Source: Botryllus schlosseri (Eukaryota). From it: a stretch of 64,000 bases of DNA. The stretch's first letter is position 1. Each line of letters starts with the position of its first letter. The stretch is taken from contig CM119372.1 of assembly GCA_051294905.1 (NCBI GenBank), positions 13,146,001 through 13,210,000 of the forward strand. The letters run 5' to 3'. A program made the position numbers and the translations under genes. The notes beneath the pieces were generated by a model, which saw only the letters and a list, made by a program, of their open reading frames with translations, made no database searches and was not told where the DNA came from. Shown in pieces: positions 33,464 through 48,100 of this stretch.

Positions 33464-33737
33464 TTGGAAAACTAGATAATTCTAGTTGTCTAATTTCACT
33501 AAATTAGAGCGAAATGCCAGTAATTCAATTCTTATCTAATTTGGAAAAGCTGAAAATTTTCTACTTGCCTAATTTCATAAAATTAGATCGAAATGCCAGT
33601 AATCTAATTCTAATCTAATTCGGAAAAGCTAAACATTTTCTAGTTGCTCGGTACTGTGACGCAACCATGCCGTCTGAGCAGCTCAGGAGCAAGTGCGCAC
33701 GAGAGTAAGAGTTGAATAGTATATTCATATTAAATGA

Positions 33738-33771
33738 ACCCGAATATTTTCGGCTGACACTCGTCAGGGGT
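33738..33771 (-). ncRNA. Minimal type I hammerhead ribozyme (family A), intact core
   Basis: Minus strand ACCC-CUGACGA-G(UGUCAGC)C-GAAA-AUAU-UC-GGGU: stem I ACCC/GGGU, full catalytic core, palindromic helix III AAUAUU, UUC cleavage triplet. Confidence 0.72.
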
Positions 33772-34652
33772 AATCGTAAGAGTGTGAATTACAGAATATA
33801 AACATTTCTGGATACAGCCTCAGCGATGCGGAACGAAGCTGCAAAATCGGTCGTTGCCATTCCATTGTTTACATTCTATAGTGTGAATACTCAATCGGTT
33901 GCGCAACAATGTCCAATACGCTTGCGGTTTGCGCTGCTCCTCACCTGCTCCCAGACGGCATGGTTGCGTCACAATACCAAACTCCGTTACAATGCTACAT
34001 TCGAGGCTAATTTTGGGGGGTTCCAGGGCCACGAACAGATTAAAATTATATTTTCGCAATAAGTACCGCGGTAGCTTTCGATTAATACCTGTTTGATCGA
34101 ATTTCACGCTCGGCAAGCCGGTGAAAAATGACCGTCAAATTGCCTTTAGCCAAATGGAAAGTGTGACGTACAGCAATTTCACTGAGCCTTGAGATTTACT
34201 TGTGTCCACTGTCCAGTTGTCCACACTCCACACCATTATAGGACACTATATAGTTACACCATAACTTGTAAACTTGTACTCAGAGGTGGTCAAAGTAGTT
34301 CGCGCTGGTACTTACGTAGACGTATAAGTAACGTCATAAATTTCGTTTCTGCTTCTGAAATTGCAAATTAAATCTTAGCGATTTACGTAAAATCACTAAT
34401 TGCACTACAAATAGATGCAATTTTCAAAAATAAATTCATTTATTGTGATTGTTACGACAATCCTACACAAAAAGATGATGCAAACATACCTCTAAATATT
34501 ACTTTCTAATTTACAAAATTTAAAGTGTATGCCAGTAGGCTCAAAACCTACTTTAATACTCAGATAAAGCTCTGCCTATACTACACTCTTAGCGAAAAGA
34601 GTATTTACTTTTACCAGTGTACCACCCCTGATATACGGGTGTGAATGTATAC

Positions 34653-35812
34653 TAGGGTTACCATATTTTTGCGGAGCAAATTCCGGACACTCTTTAGCGC
34701 CAGCTAAAGGATTTTAAAATGAGGTATGATGCATTGTCTTTCAATATGACGTCACACTGGCAAAGCTTTGCCTACCGACCATTGGTGGTCACGATCCGGG
34801 TCAAGAGCCGTTATAATGTTAGGTCGGTGCATTTATGCGGTTGTGTGTTGTAACCAGGATCGAAACAACATTTTTCAGCCCACTCCCGACCAAATAAACA
34901 CTGATCTTTAGCTCGCCGTAGGGTAATCGATGCAACTTCTGGGGCCTTACTATATGCAATACATCTTGTGTTTATATGCATCTGGTCGTTAAGTTTTGTG
35001 AATGAAATCAGTCTATAATATTGCGTCTTCCATGTATTACTATAAAATTTTGATCCTTTTTCCGCCCACATGACAATAGTTAGTGGTTGAGCTGGTGGAG
35101 GATGATGACTTCGAAGATGCAGGTAACGTAGGTCAATTAAACATCGTAAAGTCACACACTGATAAGACTTTCCATGAGCCGAAATGCCGGTCCGCCCCAG
35201 CAGGTTGCTCATACGGTGGTTTCAACCTCTTATGGTCGCGACTCCATTTCTATAATTTGAAAATGCTTTTATGTGGCGCAGCTCAAAATTTGATGAGCTG
35301 ATTACTGAAAAACGGTCAGCACCTTTGCCCAGACTTACTCACGGTCTATTTTGGAAGCTGATTAGGCTACGTTTAACATCTTCGCGAACCCCAGAATAAA
35401 GACAAACGACCCCCAGGTTTAGGGTCAATATCTTTGACTAAAGCATATAAAAGACCTTAACAGAATCCAGTAACATACCGTTCTCTCATAATTGCGATTA
35501 CAATAAGACTTATTTTAGTAAATGATACTTATTCTTAATAATTTTTGAATGCAGGTTTTTTGCGGGTGATGGTTCACATATTAAAACCACTGAATGTGAC
35601 GCTAAATCGCGCGGTGCGCGAAGAAAAATTTCAAATGGCATAATCTCCCCAAATATAATAACTTTTCTGTTGATTTACGAAAACATTTGGAGCCCATTTC
35701 AAACCTTCAAAATTCCGGACATTTAGGCATATTTTAGAAATTCCTCCCGGACGCAGTTTGAACGGTGAAATTCCGGACATGTCCGGGAAATTCCGGACGT
35801 ATGGCAACCCTA
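34653..35812. mobile_element. Non-autonomous hAT-type element (TAGGG termini)
   Basis: TIR TAGGGTTACCATA / TATGGCAACCCTA; perfect TSD ATGTATAC; TCCGGAC subterminal repeats. Confidence 0.85.
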
Positions 35813-35999
35813 ATGTATACGTACAAGTACACCCATGTCACACGGAACCATCACCTACCTCAGGCTTATACCGCGCGGTATAAATCGCGTACAACCTTTT
35901 AATCAAAATTATTTACGCACGTGGGAAGGTATGCACGTATAGGCACCTAGAATTTAATATCGCGATATAATTCTGAGTTTGGTTCTGTTTTCGTGTAGG

Positions 36000-36520
36000 C
36001 AATCAATCAATCAGGTTTATTAATATTTTCATCGTTTCAAAACATCACAAGACTGCGATACAGTGAAAAGATAGGAAGGTGTCGAAACAACTTGGAGTAT
36101 AGCCTTCAAGATCAGACACCCACCTTAGCCTAGGCGAAGTAAATAAGAGGCATGCACACTGAATGAAAAGTAATGCAGAGAATGTAAGACGCAAGCGACA
36201 AAATGAGGTGGCATGTGGCGGAGGGCGAGGTCGATATTAGGTCGTGGTCCAGTAATCCTGAACACTGACTATAGTATTGATTTAGAAGAAATTGCTTGTA
36301 TTTCGACTTGAATGCGGACATGCTCGACGACTGTCGGATAGTCGGCGAGATGCTGTTCCACAATTGGGGTCCGGCATACTTGATAGAGCAATGCGTTTTC
36401 TTGTATTCAGTCCTGATCATATGGTAGTTGTTCTTCGTCGACGCTTCGCTAAGAATGTATGTTGGTATAGTATCATCGATGACTATATTTTTTCAACAGC
36501 GAACTTGCGACAACACTTGC
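36000..36520 (-). mobile_element. 5'-truncated CR1/L2-group LINE 3' end
   Basis: ORF 36130-36420 reads RT.Y...IKYAGPQLWNSI...IRQSSS..AFKSKYKQFLL, the typical ORF2 C-terminus of CR1/L2-group LINEs, then a 3' UTR and (GATT)n tail. Further 3' UTR copies at ~20525-20653, 32132-32275, 32903-33140 and 50420-50545/51427-51650. Confidence 0.72.
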
Positions 36521-36910
36521 TATCTATACATTCATGACAGTGTACCACATTATTCTCATCGCCGTTCTATAGGGGCCAGAGCACTTTTCCATTGAGTAGG
36601 CTACAGTCCCCTGTATAGTCCTACGGTAGTCTAAAAGTTGAAATTGAAAGTCGATTGAAAATTGAAGTCGACATGCAATGAATTGCGGTGTGACATCTAA
36701 TGTTAAAATTGATGACCGAATTATCTTTGATAAAGTCTTACCCGCTCAAATAATAAGGTTAGATCTCATTTTAGCTTTTAGCACAATGCATTGTTAAATG
36801 TACACCGCACATATTCAATTCACGCTGCTTTTACCAATGGACTCCGTGAGTTATTGTCTACTACTCTATTGTTCGTCTTCATCACCCCTCTACTCTTTTC
36901 ACTGACAATT

Positions 36911-36944
36911 ACCCCTGACGAGTGTCAGCCGAAAATATTCGTGC
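36911..36944 (+). ncRNA. Minimal hammerhead motif (family A) with damaged stem I
   Basis: ACCC-CTGACGA-GTGTCAGCC-GAAA-ATAT-TC-GTGC; core intact, 3' strand of stem I mutated. Confidence 0.55.
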
Positions 36945-37749
36945 TCGTTTCATTATGAATATACTATTCAAGTTTTTCCAGTAAGTTAATAAATTTCGAT
37001 TATTTTCAAGCAAAAACTGCTTTCATACAAAGTCATTCACAGGGTCATGCCTTTATAAATGTATTTCGTGGTATCAAAGTGGAAAATCAAATGAAGCGTT
37101 CTGCGCGCAGTTGTCTGCATTTCTTACCGTTCGTGTCTCCTTTTGCATTCATAGATTACACTGATAATTCATATATGATGAAAGACTTTCCGGGTATAAA
37201 TGGGCAACAAAACCATATTAGTCATTATTTGATCGGGACGATATTTATGCGAAGACCCGCATAAAACGGCTATGTCTATATGAAATTCGAAGACATCACA
37301 CAGCTCAGACTATTCCATTCTTGGTACTTTATTGATAAGAAAGTTGTAGATGAAGTGATAATTCTGATCTATGAACGAACAGTAATGATTTCTGTAATCG
37401 AAGATTCTTCCCGTCAACGCCCGTTGTGCAAATATTGAAAGGTGCCGTGCTCCACCGTACTTATGTTGACTCTTGGCACTGAGGAATTGAATAGTTATAA
37501 TATGTTATTGTCAAGATGTCTGATCGGCAGTGGTATTGAATGCTACATCAGTAGGGATTGTGGCGAGCGTCGCAGGACCTCGGTTTGAATTGTGTCTGCT
37601 GGAATAATATCAACAGTCAGCACATCTGGAATTCTTGACAATGTGTTGATTAGGTTTGATTGACAGTTTCGTTTGTGGACAGCTTTTCCATACAGATGAC
37701 GGTAGCAACATTGTAAGGCCAACTGCTGCGAAATGACTGGGTGTTAATT

Positions 37750-38245
37750 AGGGCTGGGCACAATGATTCGAGTATTAATTTTAATGATTCGTGTCGAGTA
37801 GTGAAAGAAGATTTTTTCGAGTACTGAAATTATACGCTTCTCACCGCTGAAAGTTAATTTATCAACGAGAATTATCGTTTCGATACTAATTTTCACCGTT
37901 GAAGCCCTGAAACCTTGCTTGGCGGTATCGTAGCATACGAAACATATAGTACAAAGCTACGAAGGTTACTGGACGTAGCACATTTCCGAAGTAATAATGA
38001 TCCCACAACATTGTCACCAAGTGGAATGAAATCGCTATCGTCGAAAGAATACCAAAGTATCCTTTACGAGATGGATAACAGGTATAATATTCTTTGCGGT
38101 GGCATTAACGGTACTTATTCGAACATTAACGTATTACACTCTGTTATGACATCATAATGAGTGATACTCTATAACTCGACTCGACTCGAAGGATATTGCG
38201 TGATTCAGAATCGAATCACTCAGGTACTCGATTTTGCCCAGTCCA
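37750..38245. mobile_element. Non-autonomous TIR element (GGGCTGGGC...GCCCAGTCC family)
   Basis: Ends AGGGCTGGGCA / TGCCCAGTCC with CGAGTA/TACTCG subterminal motifs; related pieces at ~17638-17962, 39969-40160, 56487-56620 and 58130-58200. Confidence 0.5.
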
Positions 38246-40487
38246 GTGTTAATATTAAACCAAGGTATTGTTGGTTTCCGAGGGCAACTCTATAATCTGT
38301 TCGTATGACGTCATGATGGTGAATGCTATTCTGAAGACGGCTATTCGCTGATCTTGCCTTCTACATATTTTTATAGAAACTACTAGCGTTTATTTCTCTC
38401 AAGAATGCTTCCTAGAATTAGGAGTCGTGGGTCGTGGTCAACTTTGATCTCATCGTGGGATTACTGCAGATAAAATTTAGAAATACGATGCAGGTGTGAA
38501 TCTATAAAGGTTCCATTTTCGTGACTCCTCGCCAGCGTACGTTCCACCCATTTATGCAGGCTCAAAATTCTGTGATGCTGTAATTATCATCGTTTGAGTT
38601 AATTGACGGCACCGAACAGGTCATCTGTGAGCTTAATAACACTTGACTGATACGGGGATAGGATTTCTAGCCTGTCATTACATGCACCGACACCGTCGAA
38701 TCATGGAAAATGTTACAAATATCAATTTGGGCAAACTATTCCGTAATCTTTAAAAATGTCAAAGCACTAGGCCTGTAAACATGAAATGTTGATTCGTTTC
38801 GGTACGCGGTCATCGTAACTGAGTAGTATAGTCAGTCATCAAAAACTATAGTATACTTATACTAGGAATATCCTATAACCGATTATCATCAGCGCATGGT
38901 ACTTGCATTTTCGCTATACCATCAAAGTTTACCAGCGATCAGATTGTGGTATGCAGCAGTAAAGTTGTATAGAAGCGCGTTGAATGCGGTATCACTGACT
39001 GTAGTAGTTCCCACGGATTTGTTCTTGATTATTCTATACTATAAGACTATAGATCCAGGAACTAATAATTTTATACTGAGCTGAACCTCTTATATAGCTA
39101 CGTGATATTTTGATAGATATATGTGTTTCAGATATTGCTTCCAGTGTTGAATTGTCCATAGTTAGTCAGTTCATATTGGACGTCCTTATGCATATGAATT
39201 CAGTTGCGTAGCATTTACATTATTTTCGCCAGCCATGTGCTATAATCGACGTTTACTTTCTTTGTAAAAGAAAATAGCATTCAAAAGCGCATTTTTCCGT
39301 ATAACTTATTGTTGCATAGGCTACTATAATGCGATGGCTTGAAGTTTTGGTCATTTGTAAAAACCTATCTAATAACAGGGTGTAGGAACGTGAACGTATT
39401 TCTCGTGTTAATCTTCTCGAAACCGGGCGTAATTCAGCCGACCGGTATGGTTTTCATAACGGACGAGCGTTATCACCGACAGCAGTTTATTGTATTATAT
39501 AGACTTTTGGTTGCTGCTTTTTAGTATTCATAGGCCATAATTAATACATTGAATGCGAAAGTAGCAAATGAATTATGCACAATGCTCGGATTTCGAAAGA
39601 CTATAGCACCATAAATATGAGAACTGTACTTTATGTAAGGTTGCTAAGTCATGTGTAAACTACACTGTTATGCGAAAAAGCAAGGGCTTATACGAGACGT
39701 AGATTTATCGTGAACAGCGAACACCAACAAGGTTCGTTATTTCATTTGCATGAAACGGATTTACGTATCCAGCAATGCGACAGTGTAATATGGAGTATTA
39801 ACGACACTGTGTTGGCTATAAACTATACAGGTGGCCTATAACCCACCCGACTGAATTGTAGTATTTCTAGTAGGTCTATGCTAGAAATTCCCCACACCGA
39901 AACATCAAGAAAGTCTGCTTGGTGTAAAACGGTTGACGGTTATGGCTCCGGCGATTGTGTTTATCTTTAGGGCTGGGCGTAACTTTTCGGATACTCAAGC
40001 CCGAATCGAATATATTTATTGCAATGATTCGAGTCGCGTAGTGAGAGTGGATATTTTCTGAGTGCTGAAATTATACCTCCCCTTGCCACAGAGAATTATT
40101 TTATTGACGAGAATTATATTGTCGTTTGGATACTTTCTTCTCACAGCGAAATGCTTGAAGCCTCGATCCGTCGTAGCACAGCATCCAAAATATGAAGTAC
40201 AGCAGGGGTCACCAACACGCGGCTCGCGGGCCGCATGCGGCCCGCCAGCCAGGTCACATTTTGCCACCCGCGAACTGATATGAGATTTCGGCAGCACGCT
40301 ATAAGTATAACATTTTGTAATGTTGAAATTGATTGCAGTTTCAAAATATTGTTGTAGCTGTTGCTCCACAACAAGCTATTCGCTTGTGTCCAACATTATT
40401 ATTCCTCACTAGCTGAAACGTCTTCAGTTAAGGCAAAATCATTCGATCGAGGGAGAATCAACTGATATGAATAGACAATATACATTA

Positions 40488-41147
40488 GGGCTCTTCAAAA
40501 ATGACTTTTTTTTCTCAAATCGTACTGGCTACTTGATAAAATTGTTAGGTTACCTAATTTAAGCCTACACACAAAATTTGGTTCAATTCCAGCCAGTAAC
40601 CGCTTTGCTACAGGAGAAGAAAGTTTCTATTTATTATATAAAAATAAATAATAAAAAATTTAAAAATTTTCTGTTCACCCCATAAAAGTGTTAGGCTGTC
40701 TATAGAAACGATGCTCACCAAATTTGGTTCAATTCCAACCAGTGGAAGCGGAGTTATTGCCGTCGAAAAATTTGGATTGGAATAAAATAGTATTTACGGT
40801 GAGTACAACTATAATAAATAAACAAAGAATCGGTCACCGGAAATAGTATTTTATTCAAATCCAAATTTTTCGACGGCAATAACTCCGCTTCCACTGGCTG
40901 GAATTGAACCAAATTTGGTGAGCATCGTTTCTATAGACAGCCTAACACTTCCATGGGGTGAACTGAAATTTTTCAAATTTTTTATTATTATTTTTTATAT
41001 AATAAATAGAAACTTTCTTCTCCTGTAGCAAAGCGGTTACTGGCTGGAATTGAACCAAATTTTGTGTGTAGGCTTAAATTATGTAACCTAACAATTTTAT
41101 CAAGTAGCCAGTACGATTTGAGAAAAAAAGTCATTTTTGAAGAGCCC
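40488..41147. mobile_element. 660-bp near-perfect foldback MITE with TA flanks
   Basis: GGGCTCTTCAAAAATGAC... / ...GTCATTTTTGAAGAGCCC; arms of ~300 bp are reverse complements; TA on both sides; near-identical copy at 59262-59921. Confidence 0.92.
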
Positions 41148-42134
41148 TAATATACATATTGCCTTGCTGGCCAATTGCCCAGACACTGCCAAGAACGGGA
41201 CGCTTAGAAAACAGCTTAGTGTTTCCCCACAAGATCAAGCTTTAGGAGGAGACAGCTTTTCAGCCAGTAACGCGTATCGCTAGCCCCAATATCGATTCTT
41301 TAGTCGCTGATAAGCGTTGTCAGGTAGGCCTATCGTGCGCAGCTCATAGTTGAAAATAAAATGAATTTCATAATCATGATGTTTCCTGTTCCATTTGTAC
41401 TTAGTTCTTTTGAGGTAACTATACCCATCGCTCATTTTGGAGAGCACAACGTTGTACTGACGTAAAGTGAAAGCGTGGTAAACATACGAATAATACTGAG
41501 AGCAAGCTGATTCCCTAGTAAAACGGCAAGATTTAACTCGACTATTAAAATGTCAGTTATGCCTGATTATCGACACACGGAAATGTTAGTCTGCATTATT
41601 CAAGAAAGTTGTGAAGTTGGGAAATAGAAAGGGTACTTCGATCAGAAGAATCGAAAATAGAAAAGATTTATATACTGTTTTCCTGACTAGCTTGTAGGTT
41701 CGTGTATGCTGAGTTAAAGTGCGGTTAAATCCAGTAGCGCAGCTTTGAACTTTTAACATCTTCCGAAGAATATGCACAACTCAAAAATATATGTCAATAA
41801 AATGATCTTTTAAATCACGTCGCTGAAAAGGATTAAAGATGGTATATATATACTTTATGCACTATACGCCGTGTGGCCACGTATACCATATGAGGGATAA
41901 TGATAACAAAATAAACAACTTTTCTCAGCATATATATAGCTAGATCGTTTTTAGAACAAATTGTGAACAAGAGCCAAAGCTCGCTAAACTTTCCATTATT
42001 CAATTCAGAAATACTAACTATCATATGCTAACAATTCAACCAAACTATTCAGTCTGAAATTATGCGGAATGGACTATGCAATGGAAAACGTCCCGCGTCA
42101 CTAAGTTGATCACCTCGGTATTTTCGGTCGCAAA

Positions 42135-45100
42135 ATGTTGCGTTTGCGGGCAAAGGCTAAAGTTCGATACGCAGTACTGCTATGCATTATTACCATCGTT
42201 GGAATTTACCTTTTCCTGAGAATTTCAAATCCGGGTACAACCAATAAGCTACTGGATGAGGGTTCTCACATCCGTAAAATCGAAAGTGACTTTTCTCGCC
42301 GGTCTTTCACCGCTAAATGGCACGACGGCCGTGGTTTGTTGAACGATATATCAGACACAAAGAGAAGCAAAAACATTCGAGCGAAATTCGAAAAGCATTT
42401 AGCGGACAGAAGGGCGCTGGAAGGCGAAGTTCGAGCTGGCAATATCGCGGTCGAGAAAGAACATATCAACCATGATGTCGATCTCACTCGTAATGATCAA
42501 ATTCAGAATGAAGTATCGGACAACGTTGACGAATATATCCAGGAGGAGGCAACGGATAGGCTGTTGACAACTGCAGCAAGTTATGAGTCGCATGTAATAG
42601 GTATGCTCACGGGTAACTAGTATGGTGTCTTTCAATGGATTTTGTGTCTGATAAAGCAGAATCCGAACGAAATGAGCGGAGATTTCCTACGCCGGAAATT
42701 CAGAGCAAAAGGTGAGAAATTTCTTGATACCGCCTAGCCACATAATTAAAGCTTTAGTCTGCTATGCAGCCACATCTATATTTATAAAGTTAATAACACA
42801 TTTCCTACATTCCATCTACAAACCCAGTTAATCGCTGCTACTAGATCGGACCATGAACAGCAAGATAATAGTTAGACGTTAAACATCATGGTGCTGTTAT
42901 AACGAACAAAGTCATTCAAGCGTTAGGAAACACTAAAGTAAATAATATTAGGAAGTTGCAGACGAAATGTGGCTGACTTATAACGTTATAAAAATAGCAA
43001 CGGGAATATCGATTTGAGTGCTCAATTTTAATGATTGAGTCGATAAGGTAGAGAGAGCCGATGTTTTCGTGAACAGAAATTATACGCCCCTTATTATTTT
43101 ATGAACGAGAATTGTCGCTGCGTAAATGTCTTCTGACAGTGGAAAACTTGACATTTCGTTACGACGGAGCATATCATTCAAACAAGTAGGACAATGCTAC
43201 CCTCGATCATAGAAACGACATAGCCTACCCGTGTAGTTGTGATCGAGCTGCGGTAATGCTTCATATCGCCATAGCATATTACAATCAATAAATTGGAAAT
43301 TCGTATAACTGGATGAAAAACGTACATATTTGAAATAGAAATCAAAAGCTCTAGAAATTACTCAAGCAATTTTATTTTGCAGAAGTAGATTAGCATGTGG
43401 CGTCGCAGACATTGGCTAGTCAATCGCCGGAGATATGTGTTTAACTTGAAATTTGACCATAATTTTGATAGCTCTTTATGACGGAGCGCAGACATTTCAT
43501 TTTCTCATATGATAATGCTGGAGTCGACAAATTACAACAAGGGAATATAAATTCCCATCGCATTTATAGCTATTTTTACATCGAATTATATTGGGATGTT
43601 CTCGAGTTATAATAACTTACACCTGCGCCATATTACAGAATGAATGAAAATCATCGACGAAAGGGTTCAATTCCAAAGAAGGTAACATCTTAATGTAGGC
43701 TTTTGGCCATACTTGTTTGCATGTAAATTGTACAAGTACATCTCTCGAATTTTTCGCAATAGCAGGCATGCCAAACTCAATTTAGCTCGCGGGCTGGATG
43801 CAGACTTCTATATCGTTTTGGGTCGGACTAATTAAACAAACCACCCCGAAATGTTGCCTTCAAATCAATACCGTTGTTTTTAATGAGGTGTTTCATTATC
43901 AAGCCTATACACAATATGTAACGTTGCAGACCATGAGGGCTAACGTACTCCTTGATTTGCGAACAATGAAATTGGTAAAAATACAATGATTGGCCGACTG
44001 ACTACAGCTGTAAGCCACTATAACGTGGCTCTACCAGAGGGCCATGAACATATGTTTTCACCGCATGCACATTTCTATGCTTCTGTTGTTTCGTTGGTGA
44101 TGCGGAGTTGTCCCTGCGTTTGCGTAGTGTGCAATACATTAGCCGTAAACGTGGGTGCTTCGTAGTTCATTCATAGTTACGAAGTCCCCATTCGGGTATC
44201 CACGGATACGATATTCGGTCGCGAAAAAGTATTATAGAGTGAGCCAGTTCACCACACAACGCTAAAGAAAGTGCGACACTAGAACAAATTATTTCCAACA
44301 CAACGTACACTTTTAAGTTCACACTTGATGAATAGAATTTCACCATATGGCTTTGTCACGATGGGATCTACTGAGTCAGAAGTTATATCGCCGTGCGACC
44401 ACATATATTTGCTTTGTATTATCGTTAACTTGCATAATACAAATGATAGCTTTGGCGTTTTCGCCTCTGTGAATATAAGCTTTCGAGCCATTTATTCCTC
44501 ATGAACATTTTGCACAGGTTGTGTAAATTTTGCTCTTCGAGGGCACAGACTTGTTAGTCTTGGCATACGAACATTGAACAATGAACATGTTTGTCATTTA
44601 CTACTCTGGCAGTTTATTTACTTGGAAGTATTTCCTTACTTTTGATGGAATTATACTGGATCATACTTGCATTTTTATATTCACTCATAATCGCATCTCG
44701 GCCCGAGTGGAATCATCCGGTGCTTGACATGGCTATGCGCCAGAGAGACAAAGAGAGCTTTCACAAGCTATATTGTCACTAAAAATTATTCAGTGTCGTT
44801 GGTATTTCCGTTCGAGACACGACCCGAGCAAGTACACATATGCTCATTATGCATAGGCGGTCATGCTCATCATTCATACCCAATACATTCATCCCACTAG
44901 GGTCGCAATTAAAACAAATAGTGTTTTAAGGCACTTTGTTTAAAACATATGTTTTATATAAATGTCTTTAAAAAAAAATCGTGTTTTTTTTAAGTTTTAC
45001 AATTATGTTATAATTTTGTAAATACTTTCCAAAAAACATGTTGTATATGAGCCTACGGGCAATTACCACCCGATATAGCCGACGTATATCGATATGGGTG

Positions 45101-48100
45101 GGTTGGAACCCGCAAAATAGTCGGTTCAACATTTATAGTACAGATATCTCGTCAAAGGAGCTATAATTACCCTATATTTTCAATTCTCAATGTCAATCCA
45201 CTATGACGTCACAATTGAATATTGGTGACGTCATGGCTTTAAAAAAAAACAATAAAAAACATGTTTTAAATAAGGGCCTTGCTTTAAACATGCTTGTTTT
45301 AAATTGATTTTTGTTTTAAATGTAACCCTACGGCCTACATCCCACGAACTTCGACGCAACCATAAATTTTGTATTAATTCAATAAACAGCTTCTTGGAGG
45401 TACAGAACTTCAATATACTATTCAATTCAATAAAGTAACGTATGATAGAACAGTGCTCTTCAACCGGGGTGGTCGTACACCCTAGGGTGTACCAGAATTT
45501 GCAAAGGGTGTACCACTCGGATGGGGTGTACAGGGGTGTACCAGATCCGAATTACAATGAGCCGATGGCTAGCTATCACAAAGGCAGGTTTATGGGTCAG
45601 GACAGGTTGACGCACAGGTTAATGAGCATGCAGCACCGTAACTGCCATACCCCAAACCCCCCAAAGGGGGGGGGGTGAGCTCGAAGGGGGCCCCAAATTA
45701 TTTCGAGAATTAACATAAATTATAGCGTATTTTTTTAAAATTTATGCAATTTTTTCCAAAATTTTTCGCGCTGCGCGCGATTTAAAGTTGCCAATTATGT
45801 TCATTATTTGGTACTCTTACCCCAAGAAAAAACGCGCAACATTTATAGAAATGGACATATCGGCGTTGGCCATTAACACGTCACCACGCACCAAGATATA
45901 TAATGATTTAGTACTTATTACATGCGACTCCAAGAAGTGTGCCAGAACGATCGGCAGCGCGAAAAGCTTGGTCGAAACGGACTGCCCTTACGCAGACCGA
46001 AAACTTCGTTATATATACCAAATAATAGGTTAAATTGTCCATAGGCGCCTAAATGACTGGCGCCATATGTTCCTGTCTTGGCAATCTGAACCTCAGAAGA
46101 CAAATACCATCCAGCAAGAAAAAAATATATGCCAGTGAAGAAATACCAATTTGAAATCGTGTGCGTCTTTTAGTTTAGTACGTTAGAGCAATTTTATATT
46201 TTTGATATAGCAGACAGGAGGTCACGAAATAAAATCATGTAACGAAGTCATACCAACGGGTCCGCCCACCCGAAAATGTTTAATTAATATTTATGGGCCC
46301 TACAGTTTCCGGTAAATCTGATAACATGAGCAGAGAGGACAAGATATTGATAGCAATATATATGCAATGCAATCTTATTGGCCGATTGTATCATGAATTA
46401 TCGAAAATTTTCGCGCTTCGAGCTGGCACACTAAACAGTGCAGCAAATTTCTCGACAAAAGCGAACACTGTGATGAGGGGTCGGTTTATCACCCTATGAG
46501 AACCCAAAACCCAAGTTATTGTGGGGGGCGGGGCTGACGAAGTGCTGTTTAGTTCCTGCCAACGGGTATACGCCCAAAGATGTCTAATTATTATTGGGAT
46601 GTCCTACAATTTTAAAACAGACTTCGCTCAGCTCTACCGGTAAATCTGATTACGTGAGCAGAGAGAGGATGAAAATTGATAGCAATATATATGTAATTCC
46701 TGATCATATTGCCCGATTACATTCTTGAATTACTGAAATTATTCGCGCTTCGCGCGTCTAGGCGGGAAAAGCGGTCTCACATAACGTACACCCAGTGGAG
46801 ATGTGAAATAGCGCCAAAAAGCGGATAGCCAAGGGGGGGGGGTCTGGGGGGAGAAGCCCCCCATAAGTTAGGTTTATCACCCCATGGGGGCCCTAGGCCA
46901 ACGATTTGGGGGGGAGCTGACGAAGTGCTGTTACGGCCCTGTGAGCATGGTACGATGTTCTCTCAAGTGTAATACTGTACACCGTTTGATTGTGATGTCA
47001 TAAGCACAAATCTCCCGTAATCATTTAGCCGTCGGCAATAGACCAATGGCTCCGTTTGGTGTTGGAAAGTATGCAGTTAACAAACATGTGTTCAGCTAGT
47101 CATTTGTCTTTTAGTGATTTTTGAGGAAACCGCCGCGATAGCTCAGACTTCTTGAATCGGTACTTCATACCCGACGTTAATAAATACCGCAATGAAAATA
47201 AAAAAGTGACGTAGCCAGCCAGGGTCGAAACAGCATCCATGATGAAATCGAAACCCTTTTGTTTTAAAATGCCGATGTTATGTCCAATATTTCGCCATAC
47301 ATTTGTAATTTAATATTTTGTTACTAGTGATGCAAATTAGCGACAATAGACTGTGTATAGCGACATAGGATCTGAGGTTACTGACATCTCATGCAGCCCA
47401 TGTGCTTCTGTCGACTGTGTGTGGTGTGGGGCAGGCCTGATACGCAGTAGGCTGGTGCGCCTGCTATCATCGCTGATCTGAATTACCGCTTCTGCAGCAG
47501 TAGCTTTACCTATTCTCTCCCCAATACTGTTACATTTAGGTTGATTATCGTTCGTAATGTCATGCTGTTTTGGGGCTGACACGAAATAAATTCTAATTTG
47601 CGTGACAGGCGGCCTAACTGGCGGCGAATAGACTCTGTGACCAAATACTATTTTATTCAAATCCAAATTTTTGACGGCAATAACTCCGCTTCTACTGGTT
47701 GGAATTGAACCAAATTTGAAGAACATCGTTTTCATAGACAACATAATACTTTCATCGGGTGAACAGAAAAATTTCAAATTTTTCGTTATTTTTTTTTCCG
47801 TAGCAATGCGGCTACTGGTTGGAATCGAACCAAATTTGGTGTGTAGGCTTAAATTAGGTAACCTAACAATTTTATCAAGTAGCCAGTACGATTTGAGAAA
47901 AAAAGTCATTTTTGAAGACCCCTAATGAACAGGGGTGTACGAGTTTTGAGCAAACGTTAAAAGGGTGTACCACTCCGAAAAAGGTTGAAGAGCACTGTGA
48001 TAGAACAAGGTACCATCAGCTTTTGCGACTGTTTCCAATCTCCTTTACCCGTGAATATCATCTTGAATTGAATAGCGATCTGTATGATTATATTGGTTAT

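Noticed and set aside
37300..37730. LINE ORF2 remnant (EWNSL motif, minus strand)
   Set aside because: Single short motif with frameshifts; insufficient support.
40405..40430. Additional hammerhead (GAAACGTCTTCAG)
   Set aside because: Only the 3' half is present; there is no upstream CUGANGA core.
47337..47909. 190-aa ORF as a gene
   Set aside because: It lies wholly inside a composite MITE and is disrupted in the second copy; no recognisable domain.
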